64,000 nucleotides of DNA from Squalus acanthias. Lineage: Eukaryota. A program made the position numbers and the translations under genes. Under the pieces are notes generated by a model. The model saw nothing but the letters and a program-made list of their open reading frames with translations, was not told the DNA's origin and made no database searches. Below are positions 62,292 to 64,000 of the stretch, one piece after another. Where the stretch lies: positions 8,060,001 through 8,124,000 of the forward strand of contig CM059432.1 of NCBI GenBank assembly GCA_030390025.1, given 5' to 3'. Positions within the stretch are counted from its first letter, which is position 1. Each line of letters opens with the position of its first letter.

Positions 62292-62965
62292 CTGTGTCAG
62301 CCGTGGCTCAGTGGGTAGCACTCTCGTCTCTGCATCAGAAGGTTGTGGGTTTAAGTCCCACTCCAGAGACTTGAGCACAAAAATCTAGGGAGTGCTGAGG
62401 GAGCGCTGTCCTTTCGGATGAGACGTTAAACTGAGGTCCCATCTGCCCTCTCAGGTGGACGTGAAAGATCCTATGGCAATCTTCGAAGAAGAGCAAGGGA
62501 GTTCTCCCCGGTGTCCTGCCCAATATATATACCTCAATCAGCATAACTAAAACAAAATAGATTATCTGGTCATTGACGTAAGAAAACTACTAGGTGCTTG
62601 GTCTAAGCATTAAACAAAGCTTTAATCAACTGTTTTACAACATGGAGGTCTAGTTGTGTCCTTCACTAGTTCCTGTTAAGAATGTCCTGCGCAAGCTGGG
62701 CCCGTGCCCGAGTATTTATACTCTCCCTGGACAGCGCCACCCGCAGGCCACTCAGTATTATTTCATAAGTCTTTCTTTCATGAATGACAGATTCATGTCA
62801 GTCATTATCACATTGCTGTTTGTGGGGCCTTGCTGTGTGCGAATTGGCTGCCGCGTTTCCTACATTACAGCAGTGACTACACTTGAAAAGTACTTCATTG
62901 GCTGTGAAAATGTTTTGGGACGTCCTGAGGGGGTGAAAGGTGCTATAGAGATGCAAGTACTTTAT
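62292..62965 (+). mobile_element. DeuSINE interrupted by the GTCAT-flanked element
   Basis: tRNA head GCCGTGGCTCAGTGGGTAGC; resumes at GTCATTATCACATTGCTG. Confidence 0.9.
62574..62800 (-). mobile_element. 227-bp solo-LTR-like element (copy 2)
   Basis: TGAC...GTCA ends; GTCAT duplicated (62569-62573, 62801-62805); minus strand has a CTCF-like motif, TATAAATA and ATTAAA. Confidence 0.85.
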
Positions 62966-63805
62966 TATCTACGCCTTTTATCTTTAGCCAGGATTTAATT
63001 ATTCTTAATTTAGTTTTCCACATTGACCTAGTTCTGCCCTTACAGATCAGTTCAGGTATTCCAAAGCCCGTTCCTAGTAATCACCTGGGCAAGGGCTCTG
63101 TCACAGCTCGTTATGTACTTTGTGGCCGCGACATACACTTAACCCACGTGCCACATCCACTCTTGTTTCCAACTGCTTTAGTTGTAATGATGGACAGCGC
63201 AACCTTTGCAGACCCTGTTCAGAACGCTGGTAATTATTTGATCCCTCGTGTTTGTATCAACAAAATGAACAATGTACACCGAACTGGGCTGATAAGGTCA
63301 CTGCAAGATCTCAACTTCGCTGGCTCTTATTGGAAAAGGGTAACGAAATGTTACAGAAATAGCAAGTTAATCAGAATGCATGTTGCATACCGATGGTTTT
63401 TTTTTTCCGGAAGATAGGCAGCATTTCCTGTCAGGGCTGCAAGTATTCCCTGTGAAACTGTCCATGTCCATCTGTAAGAACACTGGGGTCAATATCCTGA
63501 CAAATATGTGTCAAGCAACCAGACAAATTCTTAACTCCTTCACCTTAACTCCTCACTAAGGAACCGTCTGGGGTTTACCGCCCAGCCTATGTCTAGGAGC
63601 GAATGACGCCTCCATTTGACTCGCCAAACTGTTTGACATCACCCATGGAATTTCAATCACGGACTGGATTTGAGTTCGCCTTCCCAACCCTTAAATAGGA
63701 CATGCAGAAGCTGCGGAGTGAACGAATTAACCCGTTTTTGTCAAATAATCAACAAATGAATCAGACAGCAAGTCATGCACTAATAATTTAGTGACTTTAA
63801 AATCT

Positions 63806-63985
63806 TGTGTACAGTTTTGGTCTCCTTACCTATGGAAGGAGATACTTGCCTTAGAGTGAGTGCAACGAAGGTTCACCAGATTGATTCTTGGGATGGGGGG
63901 ATTGTCCTATGAGGAGAGATTGAGTAGACTAGGCCTATATTCTCTGGAGTTTAGAAGACTGAAAGGTGATCTCATTGAAACATAT
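63806..63985 (+). mobile_element. CR1 fragment, apparently interrupted at the window end
   Basis: VQRRFTRLILGMGGLSYEERLSRLGLYSLEFRRLKGDLIETY. Confidence 0.85.
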
Positions 63986-64000
63986 AGGCCCTGAAATTCG

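Noticed and set aside
62292..62370. tRNA genes (also at 21641, 34220-34293 and ~41050-41116)
   Set aside because: tRNA-derived SINE heads continuous with SINE bodies

Overview
This is eukaryotic, transposon-saturated, mostly intronic or intergenic DNA. It is most likely from a shark or other cartilaginous fish, inferred from HE1-like V-SINEs, Deu-domain tRNA SINEs and abundant CR1/L2 LINEs. There are no prokaryotic features and no intact long host ORF; nearly all ORF-track entries are LINE fragments or stop-free artefacts of minisatellites. The window holds many 5'-truncated CR1, L2, RTE and other LINE copies, three SINE families, and a large family of PIF/Harbinger derivatives and MITEs (GGG..AATT/GATTTT terminal inverted repeats (TIRs), 3-bp target-site duplications (TSDs), transposase and Myb remnants). 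It also holds a Penelope-like element (RT + GIY-YIG) plus non-coding Penelope hairpins carrying minimal hammerhead ribozymes of two families, two solo LTRs with intact TSDs, three large tandem or low-complexity arrays, and a few candidate host exons. The most notable items are a ~220-bp TG..CA element inserted twice at the identical GTCAT target, a perfect 107-bp-arm hairpin with hammerheads on both strands inside a four-level nest whose three inner TSDs are intact, and a twin-primed (5'-inverted) RTE. Coordinates of diverged repeats are approximate and were read by eye. Family names come from recognition, not database searches.
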